Source: Bacillales bacterium UBA3207 (GTDB lineage: Bacteria > Bacillota_I > Bacilli_A > RFN20 > CAG-826). From it: a DNA stretch of 64,000 nucleotides. Where the stretch lies: positions 362 to 64,361 of the forward strand of contig DEWP01000018.1 of NCBI GenBank assembly GCA_002363735.1. The letters are read 5' to 3'. Each line of letters opens with the position of its first letter. Position 1 is the first letter of the stretch. A program made the translations under genes and the position numbers. Shown one piece after another: positions 10,247-19,707 of the stretch. Under the pieces are notes generated by a model. That model saw nothing but the letters and a program-made list of their open reading frames with translations, searched no databases and had not been told where the DNA came from.

Positions 10247-11956
10247 ATGAGTGCTGGAATTATTGCTCTAATTATCATCTTAAGTATCTTAGCTGCCGCT
10301 GGAGCTACATTTGTAATTATTCTAATAATTAAAAGAAATAATTTAAAACATACCATCTTAGATTTAGATCGTCGTTTTCAATATCTCCACGCTCTTTTAA
10401 TTGGGCAAGATGCACAATATGTTAAACGTCTTGAAATTATTTCTAGAACAAATCTTCTTTATGTTGATACACATACAAAGTTTGTTAAAAGATTTAAAGA
10501 GATTCGTGATCATCTTGATTCAACTGCCCAACGTCGAGTAAATGACATCAAAGATCTTTACTACGATCATCGTATTAAACTTGTTCGTCAAGAACTCCCA
10601 CAAGTTTTAAAAACTGTTGAAGAATACGAAAAGGAAGTCAATATCTTAAATAACGACTTGTTAAAAGTCATTAAACCAGAAGAAAATTGCCGTCAATCCT
10701 CGCTTTCTTTAAAAGAACAGCTCCGTCGTATTCGCCAAGATTATTATGCCAAACAATCTGATTTAACCTTGGTTAATGATTCATTTAATGAAGTCTTTAA
10801 ATATGTTGATACATTGTTCGAAGATTTTGAGTCTTATGTGGAAGCTGCTCAATATGATGAAGCAAATGCGGTGCTACCAAAAATTGAATCAATTATTAAG
10901 GAATTAGCAAAGATTTTGATTGTTATTCCAGAACTTTGCACTCTTGTTACAACTGTTATTCCTGATAAAGTAATCTCTTTAGAGAATGCTGCTCAAGTGA
11001 TGATTGCTGACAATTATCCACTTCATCATCTATGTGTGAAACAATCAATTGAAGAGATTAAAAAAGAAATCTCTATTTTAACAACACGTATTAAACGTTT
11101 TGATTTAGATGGAGTTCATAACAAACTCGATGATATTTCGATGCAAATCGATGAATATTTCAAACTCTTTGATGAAGAAAAAGCTGCCCGTGTTGATTTT
11201 GAACAAAATAATGATCATATTTATAACTCAGTTGGAACAATTGAAAAAAGTTTTATTAAACTTTGTAATACGATTCCGGAAGTTTCTAAAGTATTCGTTA
11301 TCAGTGAATCTCAACACAGCAAAATTAATTTTATTCAATCTGAAATTAACCGTGTTGGCGCTTTAAAAAGAACTCTTGATACTTTTATTCATAGCTCGAC
11401 AAAACAACCATATTCTTTATTATTAAAGAAAATGAATGAACTAAAAGCTGCTAGTGAATCGATTATTAGTGAGATTGAAGAATTTAATCGTTATATTGTT
11501 TCACTCAAAGAAGATTCTGAAGCAGCATATGAAATGGTTTATAACTTCTTTGATAAAATCATTGAAGCTGAAAACGATGTTGATAAAATCAACATTTCTT
11601 CAGTCAGTCAAAAATATCGTGTCACATTTGATCATCTTTACGAATTATTAAATTCGGTTTATAAAAACCTTATTGTGCAACCAATTAATGTTGAAGAAGT
11701 TAACCATGAAATTGGTGAAATTCGTGAACTAGCGAATTCTTTACTTGATGAGCAAGGTCAAGTTCATCAAGATTACAACATGTCTTTATTAGCCGAAGAA
11801 GCAATTGTCTACGCCAATAGTGATCGCCTCCATTTAAGTGACATTAATGAACTTGTTAAACATGCCGAAGAATATTTTAGAGCTGGTGAATTTGAAAATG
11901 CCTATAAGACAGCAGGAGATGCTTTAAAACGAGTCCACGCGAATGAAAAACGCTAA
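10247..11956 (+). CDS. ezrA: septation ring formation regulator EzrA
   Basis: N-terminal TM helix (MSAGIIALIIILSILAAAGATFVIILII) followed by about 540 aa of coiled-coil-like sequence. The neighbourhood with rpsD, tyrS, nifZ and thiI matches B. subtilis. Alternative in-frame starts are 10187 and 10217. Confidence 0.82.
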   Translation: MSAGIIALIIILSILAAAGATFVIILIIKRNNLKHTILDLDRRFQYLHALLIGQDAQYVKRLEIISRTNLLYVDTHTKFVKRFKEIRDHLDSTAQRRVNDIKDLYYDHRIKLVRQELPQVLKTVEEYEKEVNILNNDLLKVIKPEENCRQSSLSLKEQLRRIRQDYYAKQSDLTLVNDSFNEVFKYVDTLFEDFESYVEAAQYDEANAVLPKIESIIKELAKILIVIPELCTLVTTVIPDKVISLENAAQVMIADNYPLHHLCVKQSIEEIKKEISILTTRIKRFDLDGVHNKLDDISMQIDEYFKLFDEEKAARVDFEQNNDHIYNSVGTIEKSFIKLCNTIPEVSKVFVISESQHSKINFIQSEINRVGALKRTLDTFIHSSTKQPYSLLLKKMNELKAASESIISEIEEFNRYIVSLKEDSEAAYEMVYNFFDKIIEAENDVDKINISSVSQKYRVTFDHLYELLNSVYKNLIVQPINVEEVNHEIGEIRELANSLLDEQGQVHQDYNMSLLAEEAIVYANSDRLHLSDINELVKHAEEYFRAGEFENAYKTAGDALKRVHANEKR

Positions 11957-13082
11957 TCATATTTATCTTGATCATGCAGCAACCACCAAACCATATCCTG
12001 AGGTGGTTTCTTTATTTACAAAGCTTGAAACTGAGCATTATGGAAACTCCTCATCCATTCATGGATTAGGTATTGATGCTCTATCTTATTTAAATAAAGC
12101 TAGAGCTCTTGTTTTAAAATCTTTATGCTTAGGAAGCAACTATAAAGTTATCTTTACTTCCGGGGCAACAGAGGCAAATAACCTTGCAATTCTCGGCTAT
12201 TGTTTAAAACATCAAAGCCGTGGTAAACACATCATTACATCAAAAATTGAACATCCATCTGTCTTAGAATGTTTTAAATATTTAGAAACTCTAGGCTTTG
12301 ATGTTACTTACTTAAACGTGAACCGCTATGGTGTTGTTGAAGTTGATTCATTAAAGAAAGCGATGAGAAAAGATACGATTTTAGTTTCTTTAATGTCGAC
12401 GAATAACGAAATCGGTTCAATTAATAACATTGAAGAATTATCAAAAGTTGTTCATGAAAATCCAAAAGCGGTTTTCCATTCTGATACAACCCAATCTATC
12501 GGAAAAGATCATTTAAATTTCTCTTCAATTGATATGTTTGTTATCTCTGGACACAAAATCCATGGATTAAAGGGTTCCGGATGCCTTGTTTTAAAAGATA
12601 AAATTAGCCTTCAAGAAAGAGTTTTTGGAGGCGGTCAAGAAGACGGACTCCGTAGTGGGACTGTGCCTGTTTCATTATGCTGTAGTTTAGCAAAAGCATT
12701 AGAAATCATTTACCAAAAAATGTCTATAGAAACCCAACATATTTCTAAAATTTACCAGCAATTCTTGGATAAAATTAGAAATATGGAAGGCATCGAACTT
12801 AATTCAAATAGTGCAGGTTCTAAATATATTTTGAATTTTTCTTTGCTAAATAAAAAAGCTAGTGTTGTGGTGGAAGCATTATCGAATTTAGGAATCTATG
12901 TTTCTAGCGTTAGTGCATGCCATTCCAAAAAAGAAGCTTCATCATATGTTGTCAAAGCTTTAGGCAAAAACGAAAACTTAGCCCACAACACAATCCGCCT
13001 TTCATTCGGAGAAGATAATAGCGAAAACGATGCAGATGTTTTTGCATCAACATTAATTAAAGTAATGGAGACTATTCGATGA
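11943..13082 (+). CDS. nifZ: cysteine desulfurase (NifZ/IscS-like, ThiI partner)
   Basis: 379 aa with PLP-lysine motif SGHKIHG and catalytic Cys SACHS. Overlaps ezrA and thiI. Confidence 0.88.
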   Translation: MKNANHIYLDHAATTKPYPEVVSLFTKLETEHYGNSSSIHGLGIDALSYLNKARALVLKSLCLGSNYKVIFTSGATEANNLAILGYCLKHQSRGKHIITSKIEHPSVLECFKYLETLGFDVTYLNVNRYGVVEVDSLKKAMRKDTILVSLMSTNNEIGSINNIEELSKVVHENPKAVFHSDTTQSIGKDHLNFSSIDMFVISGHKIHGLKGSGCLVLKDKISLQERVFGGGQEDGLRSGTVPVSLCCSLAKALEIIYQKMSIETQHISKIYQQFLDKIRNMEGIELNSNSAGSKYILNFSLLNKKASVVVEALSNLGIYVSSVSACHSKKEASSYVVKALGKNENLAHNTIRLSFGEDNSENDADVFASTLIKVMETIR

Positions 13083-14254
13083 CATATGATCACATTATGG
13101 TTCGCTTTGGCGAGCTTTCTACAAAAGGCAAAAACAAAAAAGATTTTATACGCGTTTTAGCTAAAAACATCAAAAACGCACTATCTGATTTTTCAAATTT
13201 AACTATCGAAACTAGATTTGATCACATCTATGTTGTCTTGAATGGCAATAATCCAGATGATGTCTTAGATGTCTTACAAGACGTTTCCGGAATCCACTCT
13301 TTGTCTTTGGTTTATAAAACTGAACCAGATATCGAAAACCTTAAAAAGGTTTGTCTTGAATTAATTAAGCAAGAAGAAGGACAAACATTTAAGATTAAAG
13401 CTAAAAGAGCAGATAAATCTTATCCAATTATTTCAGAAGATATTATTCGTCATGTCGCTGGAGTTATCCTAAGTAATACAAATTTAAAAGTTGATGTCCA
13501 TAATCCTGACATTCTTCTATCAATTGAAATCCGACAAGAAGGTGCATACGTATTTTGTAAAACAATTCCCGCTTGTGGAGGCTATCCACTCGGAGTTGGA
13601 GGAAAAATAATGCATATGCTTTCTGGTGGAATTGATTCCCCAGTTGCTGGGTATTTATTAATGAGAAGAGGCATTAAGATTGAATGTATTCACTTTGCTT
13701 CTCCTCCTTATACAAATGTTGGAGTTATTGAAAAACTTAAAGATTTGCTAAGGAAATTAAATAAATATCAACCAGAAATTAGATTAAATATTATTCCATT
13801 TACCAAACTCCAAGAAGAAATCTATCATCATTGTGATGAAAGTTATGCGATTACTATTATGAGGAGAATGATGTTTCGTTTAGCCGATCGTCTCGCTCGT
13901 CGAAGAAAGTGTCCAGCGATCTCTAGTGGTGAAAGTGTTGGCCAAGTCGCTTCACAAACACTTGAATCGATGTATACGATTAATGAAGTGACATCATTAC
14001 CAGTTCTTCGACCAGTTGTTGCAATGGATAAAGTTGATATCATTAAACTCGCTAGAAAAATTGATACTTATGATATTTCGATTCGTCCATTCGAAGATTG
14101 TTGTACAATCTTTGATCCAAAAAATCCAAAGACAAAACCATCTTTAGAAAAAGCGAAAGAATTCGAACAAATGTTTGATTTTGAATCTTTGATTCAAGAA
14201 GCACTTGATAACGTTGAAGTTATTTATATTAAAAAAGAAGATTCGCTCTTATAA
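13079..14254 (+). CDS. thiI: tRNA 4-thiouridine synthase ThiI
   Basis: 391 aa with a THUMP-like N-terminus and PP-loop SGGIDSPVA. No rhodanese domain. Confidence 0.92.
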   Translation: MTYDHIMVRFGELSTKGKNKKDFIRVLAKNIKNALSDFSNLTIETRFDHIYVVLNGNNPDDVLDVLQDVSGIHSLSLVYKTEPDIENLKKVCLELIKQEEGQTFKIKAKRADKSYPIISEDIIRHVAGVILSNTNLKVDVHNPDILLSIEIRQEGAYVFCKTIPACGGYPLGVGGKIMHMLSGGIDSPVAGYLLMRRGIKIECIHFASPPYTNVGVIEKLKDLLRKLNKYQPEIRLNIIPFTKLQEEIYHHCDESYAITIMRRMMFRLADRLARRRKCPAISSGESVGQVASQTLESMYTINEVTSLPVLRPVVAMDKVDIIKLARKIDTYDISIRPFEDCCTIFDPKNPKTKPSLEKAKEFEQMFDFESLIQEALDNVEVIYIKKEDSLL

Positions 14255-14260
14255 AACAAA

Positions 14261-14284
14261 AAAGGAAGGTTAAACCTTCCTTTT
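14261..14284. terminator. bidirectional intrinsic terminator (thiI / rplT)
   Basis: AAAGGAAGGT-TAA-ACCTTCCTTTT hairpin between convergent genes. Confidence 0.75.
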
Positions 14285-14300
14285 AAATTTTGCTTGATTC

Positions 14301-14654
14301 TTATTTAGCTTTTTTAGCAATTGCGACTAAGTCGGCAAATGCTTTTGGATCGTTAATCGCAAGTTCAGCAAGCATTTTACGATTCACTTTAACACCAGCT
14401 TTGTTTAAGCCGTTAATGAAGCGGGAATAAGAAATATCATTTAAGCGGCAAGCAGCATTAATTCTCTTGATCCATAATTTACGGAAATCAGATTTAAGTT
14501 GCTTACGGTCGATATAAGAATATCGAAGACTTCTTAAGACTTGTTCTTTTGCAGTCTTGAAGAGGAGGTGTTTACTTCCGAAGTAACCAGAAGCTCTTTT
14601 TAAGATTTTTTTGCGGCGAGCATGTGTCGTCACGCTATTTTTAACTCTAGCCAT
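14301..14654 (-). CDS. rplT: 50S ribosomal protein L20
   Basis: 117 aa, canonical L20 sequence ([19 protein letters not shown]...). Confidence 0.97.
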   Translation of the reverse strand: MARVKNSVTTHARRKKILKRASGYFGSKHLLFKTAKEQVLRSLRYSYIDRKQLKSDFRKLWIKRINAACRLNDISYSRFINGLNKAGVKVNRKMLAELAINDPKAFADLVAIAKKAK

Positions 14655-14667
14655 TCTTCATTCCTCC

Positions 14668-14859
14668 TTATTGAATTAAGGTTTTCACTCTTGCGTAGTC
14701 ACTTTTTGAGACGAGTGAAGCCTTTCTTAAATGTCTTTTTTGTTTTGTGGTCTTGCGTGGAGCAAGGTGAGATGTGTAAGCACTATGACGTTTGAGCTGA
14801 CCAGATCCAGTCACTTTCACACGTTTAGCTAATGCTCTTTTTGTTTTCATCTTTGGCAT
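14668..14859 (-). CDS. rpmI: 50S ribosomal protein L35
   Basis: 63 aa, [13 protein letters not shown]..., between infC and rplT. Confidence 0.97.
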   Translation of the reverse strand: MPKMKTKRALAKRVKVTGSGQLKRHSAYTSHLAPRKTTKQKRHLRKASLVSKSDYARVKTLIQ

Positions 14860-14871
14860 GTGTGTTTTCCT

Positions 14872-15423
14872 CTACTTTCTTTTTGGTGCAATAACGGCGT
14901 TCATCCAACGTCCTTCCATCTCTGGTTTCTTTTCGATAACAGCGATGTCTTCTAAACAAGAAATGAATTTATTCATTGTCTCTTCTCCAATATCGAGGTG
15001 AGTCATTTGACGACCGCGGAAGCGGACACCAACTTTAACTTTGTCTCCATTTTCTAGGAACTTGCGAGCTGCTTTAGCTTTTGTTTCTAAGTCATGGACA
15101 CCGATTTGTGGAGTGAGTTGAACTTCTTTAATCTCAATAACGTGTTGTTTCTTTTTGTTTTCTTTGGCTTTCTTTTGCTGTTCGAAACGGTATTTACCAT
15201 AGTTCATAATTTTACAAACTGGTGGTTGAGCGTTTGGCGCAACACAGACTAAGTCAAGTTCGGCACGAACAGCATAATCATAAGCTTCTTTTGAAGACAT
15301 ACGACCAAGTTGTTCTCCATTTGCTCCAATAAGAAGCACTTCAGGGAAACGAACTCTTTCATTAATGAGATCAGCATTTTGCTTGTTTGGACGTTGAGGT
15401 CCTTGTTTGATTGGATAGTTGAT
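14872..15423 (-). CDS. infC: translation initiation factor IF-3 (probable non-AUG start)
   Basis: Conserved IF3 N- and C-domains. The track start GTG 15456 lies in the 3' arm of the attenuator hairpin, upstream of the SD AAAGGAG (15437-15431). The first plausible initiator after the SD is ATC 15423, 9 nt spacing. No ATG, GTG or TTG occurs in frame before the conserved core. Confidence 0.85.
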   Translation of the reverse strand: MNYPIKQGPQRPNKQNADLINERVRFPEVLLIGANGEQLGRMSSKEAYDYAVRAELDLVCVAPNAQPPVCKIMNYGKYRFEQQKKAKENKKKQHVIEIKEVQLTPQIGVHDLETKAKAARKFLENGDKVKVGVRFRGRQMTHLDIGEETMNKFISCLEDIAVIEKKPEMEGRWMNAVIAPKRK

Positions 15424-15440
15424 AACTTTAATCTCCTTTA

Positions 15441-15572
15441 CAAGAAAAACGGGCACGAAGTGCGCCCGTTTCTACTAACATAATCTAATTTGTTACAGTA
15501 GCATGTACCAATCGATTCATCGATCTGGTGAGAAGCGTTAGGGCGCTCTTCTTTCTACGTTTTGCGAGTATT
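15441..15572 (-). ncRNA. L20-type ribosomal-protein leader with terminator/attenuator
   Basis: Leader of about 130 nt upstream of infC-rpmI-rplT. It ends in hairpin AAACGGGCGC-ACTTC-GTGCCCGTTT plus TTTTCTT (about 15441-15473), immediately before the infC SD. This matches the L20-controlled attenuation known in B. subtilis. Confidence 0.6.
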
Positions 15573-15601
15573 ATTTAACTACACATATAATGTGTTGTCA
15601 A
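15573..15601 (-). promoter_or_regulatory. infC operon promoter
   Basis: Minus strand: TTGACA, 17 nt, TTAAAT. Confidence 0.5.
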
Positions 15602-15609
15602 ATCTTTTT

Positions 15610-17631
15610 TTATTCTTGAGAAATTGTTGATGAAAGTTTTGAACGATTGTGGTGGTCTAAAGAACTATCATAAGAAGCAGCAGAAACTTCATTAGTCGTA
15701 TTCCTTAAATAATCCGCTGTAACATCTCGATAAACATAATAAGCATTATTTTTAGTTAAATACCCAACAATTTGTGCTGATGGAAAATAATTAAATTCTC
15801 TCCTTGCATTGCAGTGGAAGGCAACATAGTCGATGCAGGCGATTGTATACGTTTTATTTGGTTCTAGCGGATTTAATGCTTCCTCATTATTCCCACGATA
15901 AAAATAGTTGTAATATAATTCATTTTGAAGATCTTCTCCACTCACTTGGATAATGTAAATAACATTATCAAAAGGTAATGATGAAAATAATGTTTCATAT
16001 GTAACAATCGGACCAATTAAATCCTCTCTAGCATAGTTTGTAACCGCATAAGAAATATCGAAATTTTGATTAATCGATTCTTCATACATTGCTTTACAAA
16101 CAAGATTAGCTAAAGCACCATCTCGATAAAATGTACCAGTTAATTGATTGGTTAATACTTCGTCTTTAATTTCTTCAACTTCTGCTTCGTAATGATCTAC
16201 AATTGCGTCAATTTCTGGGTCAATTTGATCAACATCATTGAGAATTGACGATGCTTCTAAGGAATAAACATTAGTGTTAGTGACTTCTTGTGTAGAAAAA
16301 TCGTATGTTAAATTTATTTTTCCAACATAATTACCTTTTTCTCCAAACTCTGCAAATGTAACTCCGTTTGATTCATTAATAGCTAATTGATGATTGTGGC
16401 CATTTAAAACAAAATCGACATAGCGTTTATTTGATTCTGGTGAAACTTGGGTAATTTGATTCGCGTAATAATTACTATAAGCTTCATGAATTGTTCCGAT
16501 GATGATGTCACAATTTTCTTCAATTCGAAGTTCGTTTGATAACTCTTTAATGACATTAATTTCATCAATAAACTCATAATCAAAAACAAATTGTGAATTT
16601 ATGCTTGTTTCACAAGTTGATCCAATTAGACCAATTACACCGACTTTTAATCCATTTTCCATGGTAAAAGTCACATATTCTTTTCCAATTTGTGATTGTT
16701 GAGTTGAACCAACTTCCTTTGTTTCAAAATTAAAATCATAAACATTTGCTGCTAAAACAGGAGTGGAATAACCATGATAATTTGCAGCTGTGTTAGCAAT
16801 TAATTTTTCATCTGACCAGTCAAAATCATGGTTCCCAATTGTTCGGGCACTAACTCCAGCCGCATTATAAACATCAGTAATCATTCTTCCGAAGTTATAA
16901 TTTGATTTTAATTGTCCTTGCCAGGTATCACCTTGATCAAGGAACAGAGTATTATCTTGGTTAACCTTTTGTTTAATTAAGGTGCCAAAGGAACGAATGT
17001 CTAAAGGTCCATTTACTGCTCCGTGATAATCATTAACTGCGTAAATAGAAAGATTTGCCGTTCCACTAGTTGGTTTAACTTTTGTGTTTACAACGTGAAC
17101 TAGACATGACGCAACATTATTTCCTGCGCTTGCAGAAATACGGACATCACCGGTATTAATGGCGGTTATTTTGTTAGAAACGCCACTAATTGTTGTTTCT
17201 TTTTCAAATTGAATAACACTAGAATGTGGAGTAGACCAATTGATTGGTTCAGTCTCATTAAAAGAATTTAGACATGTTAAGGATGCTTCATGAGTTTTAC
17301 TGATATCGATCGTAATTTCGGTGTCGCTTAATTTAAAACTTTTAATAATTGGCGGAACCGAAGGAGACGGAATTTCTGATTTACTATTTCCACTTGTTGA
17401 AGGCAAAGCGCTACTATCTGATTTACTATTTCCACTTGTTGATGGCAAAGCACTACTAATTGTTGATGGCGAAGTGCTGTTAATTGATGATTGATTAATT
17501 GATGTTTGATTAACTGACGTTTGATTAATCGATGATTGATTAATTGACGATGATTTTTTGTTTGATGGAGAATGATTGCATGCTGAAAGAACAAAAATCG
17601 TAAGTAAACTTAAGAGTACTTTTTGTTTCAT
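15610..17631 (-). CDS. surface lipoprotein, 5'-nucleotidase / metallophosphoesterase family
   Basis: Signal peptide MKQKVLLSLLTIFVLSAC with lipobox, then a Ser/Thr-rich repeat linker and an Ig-like (Big_2-like) segment. Metallophosphatase motifs AVNDYHG, GNHDFDW and NGHNHQ, plus a C-terminal 5'-nucleotidase-like domain. ATG 17631 is preferred over the track TTG 17637. Confidence 0.8.
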   Translation of the reverse strand: MKQKVLLSLLTIFVLSACNHSPSNKKSSSINQSSINQTSVNQTSINQSSINSTSPSTISSALPSTSGNSKSDSSALPSTSGNSKSEIPSPSVPPIIKSFKLSDTEITIDISKTHEASLTCLNSFNETEPINWSTPHSSVIQFEKETTISGVSNKITAINTGDVRISASAGNNVASCLVHVVNTKVKPTSGTANLSIYAVNDYHGAVNGPLDIRSFGTLIKQKVNQDNTLFLDQGDTWQGQLKSNYNFGRMITDVYNAAGVSARTIGNHDFDWSDEKLIANTAANYHGYSTPVLAANVYDFNFETKEVGSTQQSQIGKEYVTFTMENGLKVGVIGLIGSTCETSINSQFVFDYEFIDEINVIKELSNELRIEENCDIIIGTIHEAYSNYYANQITQVSPESNKRYVDFVLNGHNHQLAINESNGVTFAEFGEKGNYVGKINLTYDFSTQEVTNTNVYSLEASSILNDVDQIDPEIDAIVDHYEAEVEEIKDEVLTNQLTGTFYRDGALANLVCKAMYEESINQNFDISYAVTNYAREDLIGPIVTYETLFSSLPFDNVIYIIQVSGEDLQNELYYNYFYRGNNEEALNPLEPNKTYTIACIDYVAFHCNARREFNYFPSAQIVGYLTKNNAYYVYRDVTADYLRNTTNEVSAASYDSSLDHHNRSKLSSTISQE
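17375..17458 (-). repeat. 2 x 42-nt in-frame tandem repeat (SALPSTSGNSKS[DE]S)
   Basis: 17375-17416 and 17417-17458 differ at 2 positions. Located in the lipoprotein linker region. Confidence 0.9.
17476..17550 (-). repeat. about 5 x 15-nt in-frame tandem repeat (S/T-I/V-N-Q-S/T pentapeptides)
   Basis: Units ttgattaattgatgt / ttgattaactgacgt / ttgattaatcgatga / ttgattaattgacga plus a partial unit. Confidence 0.85.
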
Positions 17632-17637
17632 AAGCAA

Positions 17638-17646
17638 AGTATAACA
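17638..17646 (-). promoter_or_regulatory. extended -10 (TGTTATACT) 6 nt upstream of ATG 17631; leaderless-type layout
   Basis: Minus strand reads TGTTATACT-TTGCTT-ATG. No SD is possible in the 6-nt gap. Confidence 0.4.
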
Positions 17647-17662
17647 AAGTTAAAGCAAAAAG

Positions 17663-17687
17663 AAAAAGCTAACTTACGCTAGCTTTT
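17663..17687 (-). terminator. thrS intrinsic terminator
   Basis: Minus strand AAAAGCTAGC-GTAA-GTTAGCTTTTT followed by a T-rich tail. Confidence 0.65.
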
Positions 17688-17709
17688 CAAAATCTCCAAC
17701 AATTCTCGG

Positions 17710-19437
17710 TTATTCTTCGTAAACCGGTAAGGATTTTGAAGAGATTTCTTCTTCAATCATTTTAATGAAATCTTCGAGTTTTACAGTGTGTTGAGCTTTC
17801 GTTCCGAAGTGACGATAAGTGACAGTTCCTTCGTTCTTTTCGTTATCGCCGATAACCAAAGTATAAGGAATTTTCTTCACTTGTGTATTACGTAAACGGT
17901 AACCAAGTTTATCTTCAGCACTATCAAGTTTCACGCGAATTCCTCGTTTAGATAATTCATCAACAATTTTCTTGGAATATTCTAAATGGAATTCATCATT
18001 AACTGGTAAAACATGAACTTGTTCTGGGGCAATCCAAAGTGGGAAAGCACCTGCAAAGTGTTCAGTAATAACACCAACGAAACGTTCAATTGATCCAAAG
18101 CAAGCACGATGAATCATCACTGGACGAACTTTTTCGCCTTTATCATCGATGTAGGTAACATCAAATCTTTCTGGAAGGTTCATATCAAGTTGGATTGTTC
18201 CACATTGCCAAATACGATTCATTGAATCCTTGACTTTAAAGTCAAGCTTTGGGCCATAGAATGCTCCATCACCTGGATTGATCTTGAATTCTTTTCCAGA
18301 TTTACGGCAAACTTCTTCTAAAATTCTTTCGGATTCATTCCAAATCTTTATATCTCCGATATAACCTTCTTCTGGTCTGGTTGATAATTCAATCTTGTAA
18401 TTAAGACCAAATAAGGAATAGATTTCATCGTAAAGTTTTAAAATGGAGATAATCTCATCACCAATTTGGTCTGGACGCACAAATGTGTGAGCATCATCTT
18501 GAGTAAATGAGCGAACTCTAAATAAGCCATTTAATGCACCACTAGCCTCATGACGGTGAACATGACCAAGTTCAGCATAACGAAGTGGTAATTCACGGTA
18601 TGAATGTAAATCGTTTTTATAGCAAAGAATTGCACCTGGACAGTTCATTGGTTTAATTGCAAAGACATTTTCATCAACCATGGTGGTGTACATGTTGTCT
18701 TGGTAGTGATCCCAGTGACCAGATGTAATCCAAAGTTCTTTTGATAACATAATTGGAGTATCAACAAGTAAATAACCATAACGGCGGTGTATTTCTTTCC
18801 ACATGTTTTCAATTTCAGTGCGAACAATCATACCGTTTGGAAGCCAGAAAGGAAGACCTGGACCATAATCGCTAAGCATAAATAAACCAAGTTGTTTACC
18901 TAAGATACGGTGGTCTCTTTTCTTACGTTCTTCTAAGATATGAAGATGTTCTTCTAGTTGTTCTTTCTTTTCAAAAGAAGTTCCATAAATTCGAACTAAT
19001 TGTTTATTTTTTGAGTCGCCTCTCCAATAAGCACCAGCAATCGAAAGAAGTTTAAAATTTTGGATTAATCCAGTTCTTTCAACGTGAGGTCCAGCACAAA
19101 GGTCAAACCATTTTCCTTGTTTATAAATGGTGATTGTTCCTTGAATACCTTCAATTAATTCTTTTTTATATTCATTATCTTTAAATAATTCTAAAGCTTT
19201 CTCTTTACTAACTTCTTCACGAACAATTGGTTCATTTCTTGAAGCAATACGGTGCATTTCTTTTTCAATCTTTGGTAAATCAGCCTCTGTAATTGGAGTT
19301 GGGAAATCAACATCATAATAAAATCCTTCTTCAATTGCCGGTCCATAACCAAACTTAGCACCTGGATAAAGGTTAGAAATTGCTTCCGCCATCAAATGTG
19401 ATGTGGAGTGGTTTAGTGTTTTGAAATCTAACGCCAT
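17710..19437 (-). CDS. thrS: threonine--tRNA ligase (lacks N-terminal TGS domain)
   Basis: 575 aa. It begins at the editing-domain HxxxH region (NHSTSHLMAEAI). Class II core (HRHEASGALNGLFRVRSFTQDDAH) and anticodon-binding domain are present. Strong SD AGGAGG upstream. Confidence 0.95.
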   Translation of the reverse strand: MALDFKTLNHSTSHLMAEAISNLYPGAKFGYGPAIEEGFYYDVDFPTPITEADLPKIEKEMHRIASRNEPIVREEVSKEKALELFKDNEYKKELIEGIQGTITIYKQGKWFDLCAGPHVERTGLIQNFKLLSIAGAYWRGDSKNKQLVRIYGTSFEKKEQLEEHLHILEERKKRDHRILGKQLGLFMLSDYGPGLPFWLPNGMIVRTEIENMWKEIHRRYGYLLVDTPIMLSKELWITSGHWDHYQDNMYTTMVDENVFAIKPMNCPGAILCYKNDLHSYRELPLRYAELGHVHRHEASGALNGLFRVRSFTQDDAHTFVRPDQIGDEIISILKLYDEIYSLFGLNYKIELSTRPEEGYIGDIKIWNESERILEEVCRKSGKEFKINPGDGAFYGPKLDFKVKDSMNRIWQCGTIQLDMNLPERFDVTYIDDKGEKVRPVMIHRACFGSIERFVGVITEHFAGAFPLWIAPEQVHVLPVNDEFHLEYSKKIVDELSKRGIRVKLDSAEDKLGYRLRNTQVKKIPYTLVIGDNEKNEGTVTYRHFGTKAQHTVKLEDFIKMIEEEISSKSLPVYEE

Positions 19438-19670
19438 CTTTATACCTCCTAAAATAAATAAAAAGCGTTCCTTCTAAGGACGCTTTCACGTGGTACCACC
19501 TTATTTTATAACATTTATGTTATACACTCATTAATCTCGTAACGGGAGAACCGTCTAGATTGGTTTCTAGAAGCTCCGAAGTGGTACTATTAAGTTTCTT
19601 TCAGGAACCTTACACTATCGTTCCCTCGCTAGAGAAAGACTTTCTTAATAGCGTGTCTTCATCAACGCAA
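19438..19670 (-). ncRNA. T-box leader, Thr (ACC) specifier
   Basis: Minus strand starts with stem I TTGCGTTGATGAAGA. The specifier is AGTACCA (ACC followed by A). T-box sequence AAGGTGGTACCACG, then terminator AAAGCGTCC-TTAGAAG-GAACGCTTTTT just before the thrS SD. Confidence 0.85.
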
Positions 19671-19674
19671 TAAT

Positions 19675-19703
19675 AATATATTCTTATTTATAAAAAATTA
19701 CAA
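19675..19703 (-). promoter_or_regulatory. thrS promoter
   Basis: Minus strand: TTGTAA, 17 nt, TATATT, directly upstream of the T-box leader. Confidence 0.45.
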
Positions 19704-19707
19704 ATAA

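Noticed and set aside
17375-17550. Regularly spaced short repeats considered as a possible CRISPR-like array.
   Set aside because: The repeats are contiguous with no spacers, in frame, and encode Ser/Thr-rich peptide repeats inside a lipoprotein gene. No cas genes are present in the window.
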